NCBI GenBank assembly: GCA_032718475.1
Contig: JAUCBJ010002400.1
Span: forward strand, 1 to 53,362
Direction of reading: 5' to 3'
Origin: Nemertoderma westbladi
Lineage: Eukaryota; Animalia; Xenacoelomorpha
DNA: 53,362 nucleotides
In this document: in pieces, positions 1 through 12,097 of the stretch
Layout: the number at the start of each line of letters is the position of its first letter
How positions within the stretch are numbered: the first letter of the stretch is position 1
Made by a program: the position numbers and the translations under genes
The notes under the pieces: generated by a model
Seen by the model: only the letters and a program-made list of their open reading frames with translations
Databases searched by the model: none
What the model was told of the DNA's origin: nothing

Positions 1-2
1 GA

Positions 3-1976
3 AGTAGTTAGAGTGAGGTCGCTGTCCGTATCTTTTTCATATATGAGTGCTCGATACACTGCGGTATTTATCATGTAACAGGATTCGTTTTCGTCGGAGA
101 ACTCGTCCGTATAGAATCCTTCCATCTCAGATTGATCAGTGTCGTTCACATCACTGAATTGGACATGTAGTTGTTCGGACTCACTTACCTGACTCGGGCT
201 GCTTCGTTCGAATTCAGTGTGCAACAAGATATGATGTTTCGCACCACACTTTGCACACCTTATGTCAGAGTAGCAGGTTCGCCGTTGGTGTCCTTGTCTG
301 AGGCAATTATAACATAACCGCTTATCCCACATGACTTCTCGTCTCTCCGTTAATGATTTCTTCAGGAATTCATCACACATATTCAAACGGTGGGTCCCGT
401 TACACAGCACACATTTCGGTTTGATGTTACTTACCTTATTTTGGGTAACATTGTGCACTCTCGTTCTTTCTTCGGGCTTTCTCACCTGAATTCTCTTGGG
501 AGACGTAAGAGGAGTTTTTCTTACCTGTTCTCTCTTGTCATTGGATCGAGACTTAAATTTACTTCCCTGTTCGTTAGGTGTTTTATGGCCATCATAAGAT
601 CTTTCAGTGTCTTTTCCGCTGTCCTCTCCTTGAGAAGTCTGGCTTTCGCCATCGTCGGTATAACACACTGGTGTTACCTTTCTCCTGGAGACGGGTTTCT
701 CACTTACCTTGTTTTCCGATGTCTTCTCTCTGGACTGCTTTATGAGCTGTAATTTCACTTCGCCATCCAAGAATGTCATGAGATCAGTCATGGTAGGGTC
801 TCGTTGTTGTTGTTCCATCATGTATAACACTTTCTTGTCCCAGCGTGTACCTACTCCACCCTTCGGTAAAGTAGAAGCCACTGCTCTAATAACCATAGCA
901 CTCTGATACTCATGAGACTTACCTAGCCAATCTAATTGTCTGCAGATCTCCTGAATTTCATCGGAAAACTCTATAATCCCGCTGCTAATAAACTTTCGGG
1001 GCGCTACCAACTTTGCATACAAATACCCAGCTATGTTATTCCTATTACCATACCTGATGTTTAGTGTGTCCCAAACTTGTCTTAATCCATCTGGATGTCC
1101 AATAAACTTTAACGCCATTGACTTGGGAGGTCCTTCCAAGCACTCGATGAGAAATCTAAGTTTCTCTCCATTGGATAGCACAGAGTCCTGTATGTTATCT
1201 TTATAATATTCATTAAAAGGTAACCATTTCATCTCATCTCCATTAAACTTGACGATCTCTCCAACCTTTACCGCTTGCCGGGCTTCGGTTCTAGCAATTT
1301 GTCGTGTAAAACTTTCTTGGGCCATCGTGTTATTTAATATCGAGTTATCGGTATATAAATTTCTCGGATTATGATCAGGTCTATAGGGAATGTCATTATC
1401 AACAGGTTTATAATTACCCTTAATAGGGTTTACTATAGGAGTTTCTACTTCGCTAGCAGTATAGATGCGTGTAGGCTCCACACCTTGCGCATGGGATACT
1501 TCAGACCTAACGGGTTGACACATTGTTACAGGGGGTGGTGGTATACCCTTTTGTGTGTTCACTAATTTATCGCGTTCTAACGCGATACTTTGCTGCACCT
1601 TTTGCAACTCTAACCTACTTTCCCTTACTGTGCCCTTGAATTGCTGAACGGTCTCCTGCATCTGCCCGAGCAGGAGATCCATCCCCCGCCGTCTCTCATC
1701 CACCCATTCGACCGCCGAAGCGGGAGTCGCCAACGTTGTAGCGGGCGGACGAGGGACAACGGGCGACAAATCAGGAATATTTCGCTCGGGGTCCAGGACC
1801 TGAACTGCCTCATGGGCTGTTCTACTGGGCACAGGTAGCTTAGTGCTGTGCAGAGGGAATTTAGAGGTAACTTCATGGAGCACAGGTGTGTCTATCACCG
1901 AAGGGGTGATTTCAAGAACAGGCCTAATTATTTCAGGCTCATCTACTATAGTAGGGAGTCCTTCTATTTTAATTAT
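3..1976 (-). pseudogene. Second copy of the gag core plus the C-terminal triple zinc knuckle; open reading frame runs off the window
   Basis: Manual translation of 1-520 on the minus strand gives CVLCNGTHRLNMC...CYNCLRQGHQRRTC...CAKCGAKHHILLH with no stop. This frame is shifted relative to the upstream ORF. Confidence 0.85.
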
Positions 1977-3433
1977 CTTACCTGTTCTCTCTTGTCATTG
2001 GATCGAGACTTAAATTTACTTCCCTGTTCGTTAGGTGTTTTATGGCCATCATAAGATCTTTCAGTGTCTTTTCCGCTGTCCTCTCCTTGAGAAGTCTGGC
2101 TTTCGCCATCGTCGGTATAACACACTGGTGTTACCTTTCTCATGGAGACGGGTTTCTCACTTACCTTGTTTTCCGATGTCTTCTCTCTGGACTGCTTTAT
2201 GAGCTGTAATTTCACTTCGCCATCCAAGAATGTCATGAGATCAGTCATGGTAGGGTCTCGTTGTTGTTGTTCCATCATGTATAACACTTTCTTGTCCCAG
2301 CGTGTACCTACTCCACCCTTCGGTAAAGTAGAAGCCACTGCTCTAATAACCATAGCACTCTGATACTCATGAGACTTACCTAGCCAATCTAATTGTCTGC
2401 AGATCTCCTGAATTTCATCGGAAAACTCTATAATCCCGCTGCTAATAAACTTTCGGGGCGCTACCAACTTTGCATACAAATACCCAGCTATGTTATTCCT
2501 ATTACCATACCTGATGTTTAGTGTGTCCCAAACTTGTCTTAATCCATCTGGATGTCCAATAAACTTTAACGCCATTGACTTGGGAGGTCCTTCCAAGCAC
2601 TCGATGAGAAATCTAAGTTTCTCTCCGTTGGATAGCACAGAGTCCTGTATGTTATCTTTATAATATTCATTAAAAGGTAACCATTTCATCTCATCTCCAT
2701 TAAACTTGACGATCTCTCCAACCTTTACCGCTTGCCGGGCTTCGGTTCTAGCCATTTGTCGTGTAAAACTTTCTTGGGCCATCGTGTTATTTAATATCGA
2801 GTTATCGGTATATAAATTTCTCGGATTATGATCAGGTCTATAGGGAATGTCATTATCAACAGGTTTATAATTACCCTTAATAGGGTTTACTATAGGAGTT
2901 TCTACTTCGCTAGCAGTATAGATGCGTGTAGGCTCCACACCTTGTGCATGGGATACTTCAGACCTAACGGGTTGACACATTGTTACAGGGGGTGGTGGTA
3001 TACCCTTTTGTGTGTTCACTAATTTATCGCGTTCTAACGCGATACTTTGCTGCACCTTTTGCAACTCTAACCTACTTTCCCTTACTGTGCCCTTGAATTG
3101 CTGAACGGTCTCCTGCATCTGCCCGAGCAGGAGATCCATCCCCCGCCGTCTCTCATCCACCCATTCGACCACCGAAGCGGGAGTCGCCAACGTTGTAGCG
3201 GGCGGACGAGGGACAACGGGCGACAAATCAGGAATATTTCGCTCGGGGTCCAGGACCTGAACTGCCTCATGGGCTGTTCTACTGGGCACAGGTAGCTTAG
3301 TGCTGTGCAGAGGGAATTTAGAGGTAACTTCAGGGAGCACAGGTGTGTCTATCACCGAAGGGGTGATTTCAAGAACAGGCCTAATTATTTCAGGCTCATC
3401 TACTATAGTAGGGAGTCCTTCTATTTTAATTAT
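519..3433. repeat. Direct tandem duplication, 2 x 1457 bp, nearly identical
   Basis: 519-1976 matches 1976-3433 at a constant offset of 1457 with only a few substitutions. Confidence 0.97.
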
Positions 3434-4600
3434 TAGGTCTGTGGGTTCTGTACTACCTAAGTTGGTGTTATTTAGTTGCCTTCTAACAGCTGGAGGCAAA
3501 TCAGGCAATTTCTGATGGTGGAATGTTCTTTTACGTCTGCTTAGGTGAGATCTATTTCCTTTGCCTTCAGTATCGGTGGTATCGCCTTCCTCAGATGATG
3601 TATATCCCTGTCTTTTGGGAGTAGATCGATTCATCATCTGCATATTACTAGCTGTTAACTGTTTATTTATGCAGTCTTGATTCTCCTGAATGTTTTCCAA
3701 TTCTAATTGGGTGGTTTCTTCAGTCGCTCTCCGTTCGGCTTCTGCCACTGCCTCTGCTGCCTTTCTTTCAGCCTCGGCCGCCTTTCTTTCAGCTTCGGCC
3801 GCTTTTGCTTCTGCCGCTGCCGCTGCCGCTTTTCTTTCAGCTTCGGCCGCTTTTGCCTCTGCCGCTGCCTCTGCCGCTGCCGCTTTTATTTCTGCTTCTG
3901 CAGCTACCACTGCTGCTTTCTTTCTGTCTTCTATACGTTTTTTCTTTACTTGTTCTTCTTGGTCTCTAGTGATGCGGAGGAGTTCATCAAATTTAGCTTG
4001 GTTCGCAGCTAACATTTCCGCATCGATTGCGTCCAGCACAAGCTTGGTTCCTTCACTATTAGGGCTAAGCCCCTCCAGCCTTCTCCTCAACTCTTCATCT
4101 CCTACAAAGCGTTGATAGTCTGACAGATAGATGTCAATAGCATCCCTCTTATGCGGTTTCTCTGCTGTCACTTCGCTTTCTTCTTGAGAAGAAGTGGCGT
4201 CGGTTGATTCTTCATAGGTTGGCCGCTCATCATAAACCTTATCCGCCATCTTCGCTCCGCGTTCGGGCGTCCGCTCAACAGTATCCGAACTACTGGAGCT
4301 ATCGGGCCGTTGAGAAATAAGTTCTTGGCTCGCGGGTTGTTGAGGTTCCGCTGCTTCTTGGTCCCGCTTGACCTGAGCTCGAGTGCCTATGATAGACCTA
4401 CGATGTTGGACTAGCCTAGGGTCTGATACTACTACTTGAGGGATGATCTTTCGCACAGTAGGAGGGGACTTAGACTTTGGTCTGGGATGTTCCATACTTT
4501 GATCTTGGTCACAGATCCTTTTAAGACGCTCTCTAAGTCTAATACTCATTCTAACACCCTCTAAAAGACTATCTGACAATGTTTGTTGTGAGTCAGACAT
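1973..4600 (-). CDS. BEL/Pao gag polyprotein N-terminal part (875 aa), prematurely stopped at the duplication junction
   Basis: KFNGDEMKWLPF...LSNGEKLRFLIECLEGPPK...VWDTLNIRYGN resembles the BEL gag core (DUF1759-like). An Ala/Glu/Lys coiled-coil repeat lies at ~3730-3920. The stop codon is created by the junction at ~1976. Confidence 0.85.
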   Translation of the reverse strand: MSDSQQTLSDSLLEGVRMSIRLRERLKRICDQDQSMEHPRPKSKSPPTVRKIIPQVVVSDPRLVQHRRSIIGTRAQVKRDQEAAEPQQPASQELISQRPDSSSSSDTVERTPERGAKMADKVYDERPTYEESTDATSSQEESEVTAEKPHKRDAIDIYLSDYQRFVGDEELRRRLEGLSPNSEGTKLVLDAIDAEMLAANQAKFDELLRITRDQEEQVKKKRIEDRKKAAVVAAEAEIKAAAAEAAAEAKAAEAERKAAAAAAEAKAAEAERKAAEAERKAAEAVAEAERRATEETTQLELENIQENQDCINKQLTASNMQMMNRSTPKRQGYTSSEEGDTTDTEGKGNRSHLSRRKRTFHHQKLPDLPPAVRRQLNNTNLGSTEPTDLIIKIEGLPTIVDEPEIIRPVLEITPSVIDTPVLPEVTSKFPLHSTKLPVPSRTAHEAVQVLDPERNIPDLSPVVPRPPATTLATPASVVEWVDERRRGMDLLLGQMQETVQQFKGTVRESRLELQKVQQSIALERDKLVNTQKGIPPPPVTMCQPVRSEVSHAQGVEPTRIYTASEVETPIVNPIKGNYKPVDNDIPYRPDHNPRNLYTDNSILNNTMAQESFTRQMARTEARQAVKVGEIVKFNGDEMKWLPFNEYYKDNIQDSVLSNGEKLRFLIECLEGPPKSMALKFIGHPDGLRQVWDTLNIRYGNRNNIAGYLYAKLVAPRKFISSGIIEFSDEIQEICRQLDWLGKSHEYQSAMVIRAVASTLPKGGVGTRWDKKVLYMMEQQQRDPTMTDLMTFLDGEVKLQLIKQSREKTSENKVSEKPVSMRKVTPVCYTDDGESQTSQGEDSGKDTERSYDGHKTPNEQGSKFKSRSNDKREQVR

Positions 4601-4719
4601 GTTTGATTGTACAGTTCAATGCCTACTGCTATATTACAGTCTAAGCAAGTCTAGTAATTCAGCATTAACGGCTAGCCTAGTAATTAATTACTGATACTGC
4701 TACTCAGTGTAGCGTGATA

Positions 4720-5100
4720 TATATATAATATTAGAATACCGGTATGCTTATAGTATATATAAGTATTATTACAGACTAGGTTTATCACAGAATACCGGTA
4801 TAATTTTAGCACAAATATATAAATATATAATAGGCCTATCGGGAATACCGGTATACAGCTTACACTTATAGTATAGTATATATAAGTATAATTCTGGACT
4901 AGAATTAATTACAGAGTACCGGTATAATTTCAGCCTAAATTTATATATATATAATAGGCCTATCGGGAATACCGGTATACAGCTTACAGTTTGTAGTATA
5001 TATAATTCTGGGCTAAAATTAATTACAAGTACTGGTATAATTTCAGCCGAAATTTATAGAAATAAAGATAATAGGCCTATCGTAAATACCGGTATATCAA
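4720..5100. repeat. Imperfect ~120-bp tandem repeats in the BEL leader
   Basis: aataggcctatcgggaataccggtatacagcttaca recurs near 4829 and 4953, with a degenerate copy near 5070. Confidence 0.7.
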
Positions 5101-7018
5101 TTATTTTAAATAATTGAATTTCTGAATTTTAGGGTTACTTGGTTACTTTACTTACTTTATTACCGCTATTTGAGCAGTAGTCCAACTGATATTGAGACCT
5201 AATGGTTGTATGGTAGGCCTACTATTTATAAATCGTTAGATTTGATTTATAATATATATATACCCGTTTTAATGGGTTTTGTCAATGTTTGAAATAAATG
5301 TTATTATTTCTGGGGAGTAATCACTACACAAAGCGGTGCGCTTTCAGTGAAGTGTTACTTATAGGACACTAAAACAAATAATTCTAATTTACCTAAGTTA
5401 CTTAATACTACAAATTACGTACGATTCGGGTTGAGATTACAATCTCTAAATAAACACAAAAATTTACAAAAAACACAAAATACGAAATTTTAGGGTAATT
5501 TTACAAGAAGTCTACAAACCAGCCTGACAAAGGGTTAGAATCTGGTTATTACAACGGACAGGGTACTACGGTATTTGAAAATAATAAGTAGTAGTAAATA
5601 CACTGCGTTGTCCAGATAGGAAAATACTACCGCCTGACGACCTATAGCCGTATCGCTATAGGTACTACGTTATGTATCACGGAGTGTTCCTACCTAGAAG
5701 TTAATAGAGCTAATCGAACGTGCCTATCAACCACTTTACAACACAAATATAATGCCCACACACTAATTACCTTCGGAAAGCACTGTACACTAAACCCTAA
5801 ATTAGGTACGAGCACTTATACAACAGATAATCAGTAGTTAAATATACTTGAACAGCTAAAAGAACCACGGCATCTGCTGGAGTGACCGGTGCACAAAATC
5901 ACCAGTCTTTACCTACGCCAAGCAGCCCGTGTAGTACCGGGGTTAGTTTAACTATAGCGGTATGTATAACAAACACAATTATTGTAGGAACAAACTTGGG
6001 GAATGAATGTTGCGAATAATCGCATAAACTCTGAATAATAAATATTACGCTACGCGTACAAACCACTCAAACAAAATGCAGACCAAATACTAACAGACTA
6101 CTATCAAGCCTAAATAAACTACAGGACATGCAGACTCCGAAATGGTTAGGTAGTATGCGTTCTAACCCAGTAGTACGACTTATTCTTTAGAAGGGGGTTT
6201 ACCTTACAGCTTTGGCTGCCCCTACTTCCTAACCGTTCTTTATCGGACAGATGATCTACACACACTGCAATCCGTTCAGACTTAACAACAATCAGACAAC
6301 AGCTCAGCCTACAAATTGTCTGTACAATCTGATCCCAGCAAAGTCACATCCTTCGAAATTGCTACTAATATGCTGCTAATTTGATCGAAATAAATTTTCT
6401 TCGAAATTATCAGCATTTTCGCCGTCTAAATTGTCTGATAATTCAGTCTACAATTCGTAGGATAAATTATCCTTCTAAACGAAGGATAAATGTGAAGACT
6501 ATTCGAAGAATCTGAAGATTTAGCTAGTTTTTAGCCGGCAAATAGAAGGATAAATTTGCCTACTATTCGCCGGATAAATTATCCTTCTAAACGAAGGATA
6601 AATTTGTAGACTTTTCGAAGGGTGGATGAATTGATAATTTTTACCCTTCGTTTAGAATGATAATTTATGCTGCTATTCGAAGGATAAATTATCCTTCTAA
6701 ACGAAGGATAAATTTGTAGACTATTCGAAGGTTGGATCATTACCTTGTTTAGTTATGCCTAGTTTAGTTACTGTATGTTATGTTTTATCCGGCAAATACT
6801 GCAGACTAAAATGATAATACATCCAGTATATTTTACTAGTATATTAGTATTACTGTAGTAATTTATTCCTACTAACTGACTAATAATTCGTATATTTTTA
6901 TCTGGACCATATTTAGCAGTAAATTAGTACAATGTTATCGCATTTCTTTAGAACTGTCGATTAAATAAAATATAAATATTCGATAAAATATATTCTATAT
7001 TGTATATTTCCATACTTA

Positions 7019-7436
7019 GGCCCCCCTCACACGGAGCAACTTGTTTCTGCAATTTGTTTCTGAAACTTGTTGATGGACCCCCTCACACACAGAAACTTGT
7101 TGCTGCAACTTGTTTCTGCGTGCGAGGAGTCCCGCACAACAAGTTGCTGCAACTTGTTTTTGAAACTTATTTCTGTGTGTAAGGGGTCCAGCAACAAGTT
7201 GCTGGAAGTTATATTCCCAGCAACTTTTTTAAAAACGTTTATTACATTACATTTTGATACTAGCTAATATCAGATAAATTGAGTGATGTGATATTATATA
7301 TAAATGACTGGACATGCTAGCTATTTATTTGAAATAATTGTTATTTTCTTCAGGGGGGGGGGGGGGGGGGGGGGGTGGCCAGCAACAAGTTGCTGAAACA
7401 AGTTGCAGAAACAAGTTGCTCCGTGTGAGGGGGGCC
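7019..7436. mobile_element. PIF/Harbinger-type MITE
   Basis: TIR GGCCCCCCTCACACGGAGCAACTTGTTTCTGCAA is mirrored at the right end, with a TTA TSD on both sides. Confidence 0.9.
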
Positions 7437-7838
7437 TTAGAGAAGCATAAGCATATTATTTATTTATTATTGAATACTTTTAAATTTCAAAAACATGACA
7501 CGACCCCCCCCCCCCCCCCAAACTTTTATACAAATTTTAATGAATAGAATGATATGAAGCAGAGTTACAGTAGTTTCACCGCCCTCATCCTTAGTGACTG
7601 AGCCAGAATTTGTATTTTTATATTTTATTCTTTAGCTAACAAGTGTTTGAATAAAGTGTCACCGCCGGCGATATTGCAGCACCAGTCCCATCTCAGTTCT
7701 TCAACCTTATATTGATTTGTTAGTTCTGATGGAAAGCTGACCATGCAAGGATTCCAAATAGGCCTATGTAAAAAAATTTAATCTAGGAAATAGCTGAGAT
7801 ATGGGCGTTTGGAAGTTTAATGTTTTTTCACGGCGTTA

Positions 7839-7936
7839 GGCCGCGTTCACACTACCTATATAATGTATACTTATTGATTATAGCTAGCTAGCTATATTTA
7901 TTTATTTTGATTTGACTCGGTAGTGTGAACGCGGCC
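7839..7936. mobile_element. 98-bp Harbinger-like mini-MITE
   Basis: Perfect TIR GGCCGCGTTCACACTACC / GGTAGTGTGAACGCGGCC, flanked by tta and tga. Confidence 0.75.
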
Positions 7937-8043
7937 TGAGGCTATTATTTTTCTATTTAATAAATAAACCATATTCTAGAACATGATGTAAGAACGTAAC
8001 TGAGGGTTCAGATTCATTTAGCAGAAACACTTTTACTGTGAAC

Positions 8044-9106
8044 AATGGGGTAGACGACTCGGAAATTTTTTTTCGAGTTTTCGTTGGTTTCATGTGAAAG
8101 AGCATGTGAAAAAACCCCAGAGAGCAATTTTACTTCAAAAAAATTAATATTTGCCGAGTTATAGCCATTTTAAAACGCAAAATTAGCAACATCGAAAAAT
8201 CAGGCCGTTTCAGAAAACTGCACGAGTGACGTCAGCCATAACACAGCAACAGTTGTCAAGCGCAGTTGATTGGCTAATATAAAGTATAATATTGCAGTAT
8301 CTAAATAGTTGAAGTATCATATGATTCCATATACATGCAAAGTTTACTGAAAAGTAGTAGTAGTTTCTGGAAGGAGTATATATTTCCCAAAATTGTGAAA
8401 AAGTAGATAATTAAAAAATGTAAATTATACAGTAGTTATAGTTCAACTAAATTCTGATTAATGCTGATTGTATTGAGATGACAGCTGAAGATACTACGTC
8501 ATCCATTACAGCTACATGGACTAACTATCAATGCTTTTTGGAATTCAATAATTTAACTTGTATAAAAATAATTACAATCGAAAAAGTGCGAATCCACAAT
8601 CCGTATCCGAATCCGTAATCTAAGTTTTGAAGCTCAATAAAACATCAATAAGCTACTGGATTTCTACCACCTGGCAGTTTTAGCTACAAAATATGTTTTA
8701 TTTTTATAGCTAACAACTATGTATAGTTTGGGAAAAATAATTATTATTCTGGAATAATTAACTTGTCATGAATCAATTTCCACATTAAGATATCAAATAA
8801 TGTATTCTTAACACAACACAAAAACACACTAAATAAATATTAGCTACACAATTTATTTTAGTTACTAAGAGATTTATATTGTATAGTAACCAATGAACAT
8901 TTACTGCTGCACTAGTGACGTCACTAGTGCAGTTTTCTGAAACGGCCTGATTTTTCGATGTTGCTAATTTTGCGTTTTAAAATCGCTATAACTCGGCCAA
9001 TATTAATTTTTTTTAAGTAAAATTGCTCTCTGGGGTTTTTTCACATGCTCTTTCACATGAAACCAACGAAAACTCGAAAAAAAATTTCCGAGTCGTCTAC
9101 CCCATT
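8044..9106. mobile_element. MITE with ~190-bp near-perfect TIRs
   Basis: aatggggtagacgactcggaaa...tgacgtca (8044-~8233) is mirrored at ~8916-9106. The TSD is ambiguous, possibly AT. Confidence 0.85.
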
Positions 9107-10360
9107 CGTATCTGGGAATTTAAATTCGTAACTGGGAACTGAAATTTGTAATCCAAATTTCAGATTTGTAAACCTGATGAGCATTCGCAGCGTATGGTAA
9201 TTTCTTTACCAGCATGCTGCTTGGTCCATTCCTATGTAAAATATTATCAATTCTTTATAATATAGCTGCTAATTGTCTTCGAAAACGAAGATAATTTATC
9301 AGGCAAATAATGCATATTTCCATAATCATAGAAGCATAATTATTAATTAAATGCATTTAAATTTACTTAATTTTACTCGATTCATCAACACGAATAATCT
9401 AATATGGCTGAAAATATGGGAAATTATTTAAATTTAAACTAACAAATTCGAATTTTTCGATTATCACCTAAAGTTTTCATAGATACCCTCAAATCTATAT
9501 TGATTATATATTTCTATATATACTCAGCCGCTTCCATTAATAAGTGTATAACGTATTGTAGGATAGGGAAGTAGGGTAGGATAAGGTAGGTATAGGCTAA
9601 TACCCCCCCCCCCCCCCCCCCTCCCTCTCCACCAAATCATCCACAGGCAGGTCCAGTGATTGGACTTGTTTCAGTTACTTTTTTTTCTTCGAAAAATAGT
9701 ATTTTTTATGCTTCGAAAATGCTTCTAATAATGTATGAAATTATCCTTCGAAAATGCTTCGTAAACTTCTAATTGAAGGCTAATAGTCTACTAAACGAAG
9801 TATTTTTGTCTTCGAAATCATCCTTCGAAAAATGCTAAATAAACTTCTAATCGCAGGCGAATAGTCTACTAAACGAAGCATTTTTGTCTTCGAATTATCC
9901 TTCGAATATGCTTCGTAAACTACTAATCGAAGGCTAATAGTCTACTAAACGACGGATATTTCTCTTCGAAATCCACCCTTCGAAACCTTTAAGAACATTG
10001 GAACCAAAAAGCCGGCTTTTATCCGGCGAAATTAGCAGGGTATTAGCCGGCGAAATTAGTAGCAATTTATCAGCGACTTATCATGCTATGACTTTGCTGG
10101 GATCAGGCTTACACGCCTTCTGTTCAATACTGGCCTACAAACAAATAAAACTTGACAGAAATAAGTAAAAATCTCAATAAAAAACCAGGGCTGCAGTCCC
10201 TGATTAATTATTAAGGCCTACCGGTATATAATTATCAAAATCGAATAATACTGCTGTACCTGTACTGCTGTATGTACTGGTCCGGGTGGTTAGGTAGTCA
10301 GGCCTACTGGGTACCGGTTGCCGGTACTTCAGCTTTATTGCCTACTGCAATACAGAAGCA

Positions 10361-10371
10361 ATATCCGTTAT
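10361..10371 (-). promoter_or_regulatory. Putative non-tRNA primer-binding site (ATAACGGATAT) directly after the 5' LTR
   Basis: It abuts the LTR-terminal ...GCGCGAACA, contains no TGG, and is the exact complement of the minus-strand 11-mer at 11134-11124. Confidence 0.6.
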
Positions 10372-11597
10372 TGTTCGCGCTTTCAGACCTTTGGCAGTTT
10401 AACCCGCCAAATTAGGATGTCTTCTAGATAATAAATCGCTTTTAGCCTCTGACAAGTATTTGATTCACTACACTAGTTGAAACCAATCTGTGCGCGATCA
10501 TTCACCCGTTGGATATACCCGGGAGATTGATTTCGACAGCTTAATTGTATTGCTATGTAAGCCTAATGTATTATTCGACTGACAGTATTATATAATCTCT
10601 GACAATATTATTCACCTTCGGGAAATATTAACAGTTCCTTTAGGACGTGGCGCTCTATCTATATAAACAGAGCTATGACTTAAACTACACGCAACGATAT
10701 GGCTTAGTTACAATTCACATATATGGCGCATTCTTTAGGAAATGCTTCGTTATCAGTCTCACTCATACACAATGCTGCACAATACTGCACACTGATCTGC
10801 CGATCTTCACTGATTTTAGTCACATATAAAAGGAACACGGACCGACTCATGTAGGGTCTATCAAATAACATTAGATTCACTTCAAACCACTTTAACATAA
10901 GTCACAATCGTTATATGTAACCTTTCTCTCTTACCTTCGGTATATCAAGAATATTGGGTTTTCGGGGTTATTTCTCGTTATTCCAATATAATATTTATCA
11001 CCATATAATGAATAATCGACAGTAAATAGCAGTATAACAATATAAAGGTATGTACAACAAGATATATGCATTGCCCAGTTGAGTTAGGTTAGTAGGTAAG
11101 TATTGAGTTGCACCGTGATTCAGATAACGGATATATGTCCTTATAATTAAGCCTACTAGTGTTAGGCTAAAAGCAGAACAGCACAAAATATTCCAAAGCC
11201 GTTCTTCCTGGCTCAGGACAGAATGATAACACTGCCCATAAAGCATTGCGTGATTTCTAGGAAATTTCTGTACAAGAACAGTAAAAACGCTCTGATTGGT
11301 TGACTGAACTGAGAGATGCCGTAGAACAAAGAAAATCGACACGTATGAATATCAGCTGTTAACCGTCGTCATAGTAACTACTGTTCAAGAGTATCTCGCC
11401 TCTTTTGCGTCACGGAATTGCCATAGAATCATCAACTATGCCTTCCACAGTACACATACGGAAGAAATAGCTCTTAGATCCTCTAAAAACACCGATACAG
11501 CAATAATACGGCCTCTTACGCCTATTAAACCAACTACAGAGTATTTTACGGGAAAAATAAGGTAAAATAACCGGGCAATTCAGCAAAAGCTTTTACA
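10372..11597 (-). repeat. LTR (1226 bp), interpreted as the 5' LTR of the BEL element
   Basis: The minus strand reads TGTAAAAGC...GCGCGAACA. It is colinear with a diverged homolog at 40759-42005, and similarity stops at these TG/CA ends. Confidence 0.8.
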
Positions 11598-11790
11598 CCC
11601 ATACTGTATTATTTGCTTTATATCCCATACTGTATTATTTGCTTTATATCCCATACTTTATTATTTGCTTTATATCCCATACCCTATTATTTGCTTTATA
11701 TCCCATACTGTATTATTTGCTTTATATCCCATACTGTATTATTTGCTTTATATCCCATACTGTATTATTTGCTTTATATCCCATACTGTA
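11598..11790. repeat. 26-bp minisatellite (cccatactgtattatttgctttatat) x ~7.4
   Basis: Directly visible tandem repeat. Confidence 0.95.
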
Positions 11791-11797
11791 TACTGTA

Positions 11798-12097
11798 TGT
11801 GGGGGAATCTACTCTCGGTCCCGCATACCAGTTATCGGGACGCCGTGCAGGCAATGTTGTAAAGTCGGAACATATGCCGGAGCAGATAAGTATAATAATA
11901 TATAATGTATATCTCGAATAAAGGTAGCCTACTGGGCTACACGGATCTAGGCCCAAACATAGTACCGGTAGACAGGACAGTCTGTACTGATAGCCTAAGT
12001 ATCTACAGATGATATGACAGACACAGACAGACTCTCGGTCGTCATCAAAGTGAAAGTATCTAGTGCCGGTACTGGTACCATAGTCGCTATTGCCACA
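11798..12097 (-). repeat. Gypsy 3' LTR (300 bp)
   Basis: Termini are TGTGG...CCACA. On the minus strand it is preceded by the PPT GAAAGGGGG and lies downstream of integrase. Confidence 0.75.

Larger units (their letters stand above)
6334..10101. mobile_element. Non-autonomous DNA transposon with CCCAGCAAAGTCA TIRs and a 2-bp AT TSD (EnSpm/CMC-like)
   Basis: Flanks read ctg-at-CCCAGCAAAGTCA ... TGACTTTGCTGGG-at-cagg. Subterminal repeat arrays (ttatccttctaaacgaaggataaa / cttcgaa) occur at both ends. There is no transposase ORF, so the superfamily is inferred from termini only. Confidence 0.8.
1..11597 (-). mobile_element. BEL/Pao LTR retrotransposon, 5' portion (5' LTR, long leader, gag); continues off the left edge
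   Basis: Gag has a DUF1759-like region and a BEL-type triple zinc knuckle. An LTR lies at 10372-11597. The leader is contiguous (~2.0 kb) once the TSD-bounded insertion 6334-10101 is removed. Confidence 0.8.

Noticed and set aside
390-4115. Plus-strand ORFs over gag, including the Ala/Ser-rich 141-aa ORF
   Set aside because: These are antisense shadows of the gag ORF and its coiled-coil repeat.
11613-11921. Overlapping hydrophobic ORFs
   Set aside because: Translation artefacts of the 26-bp minisatellite.
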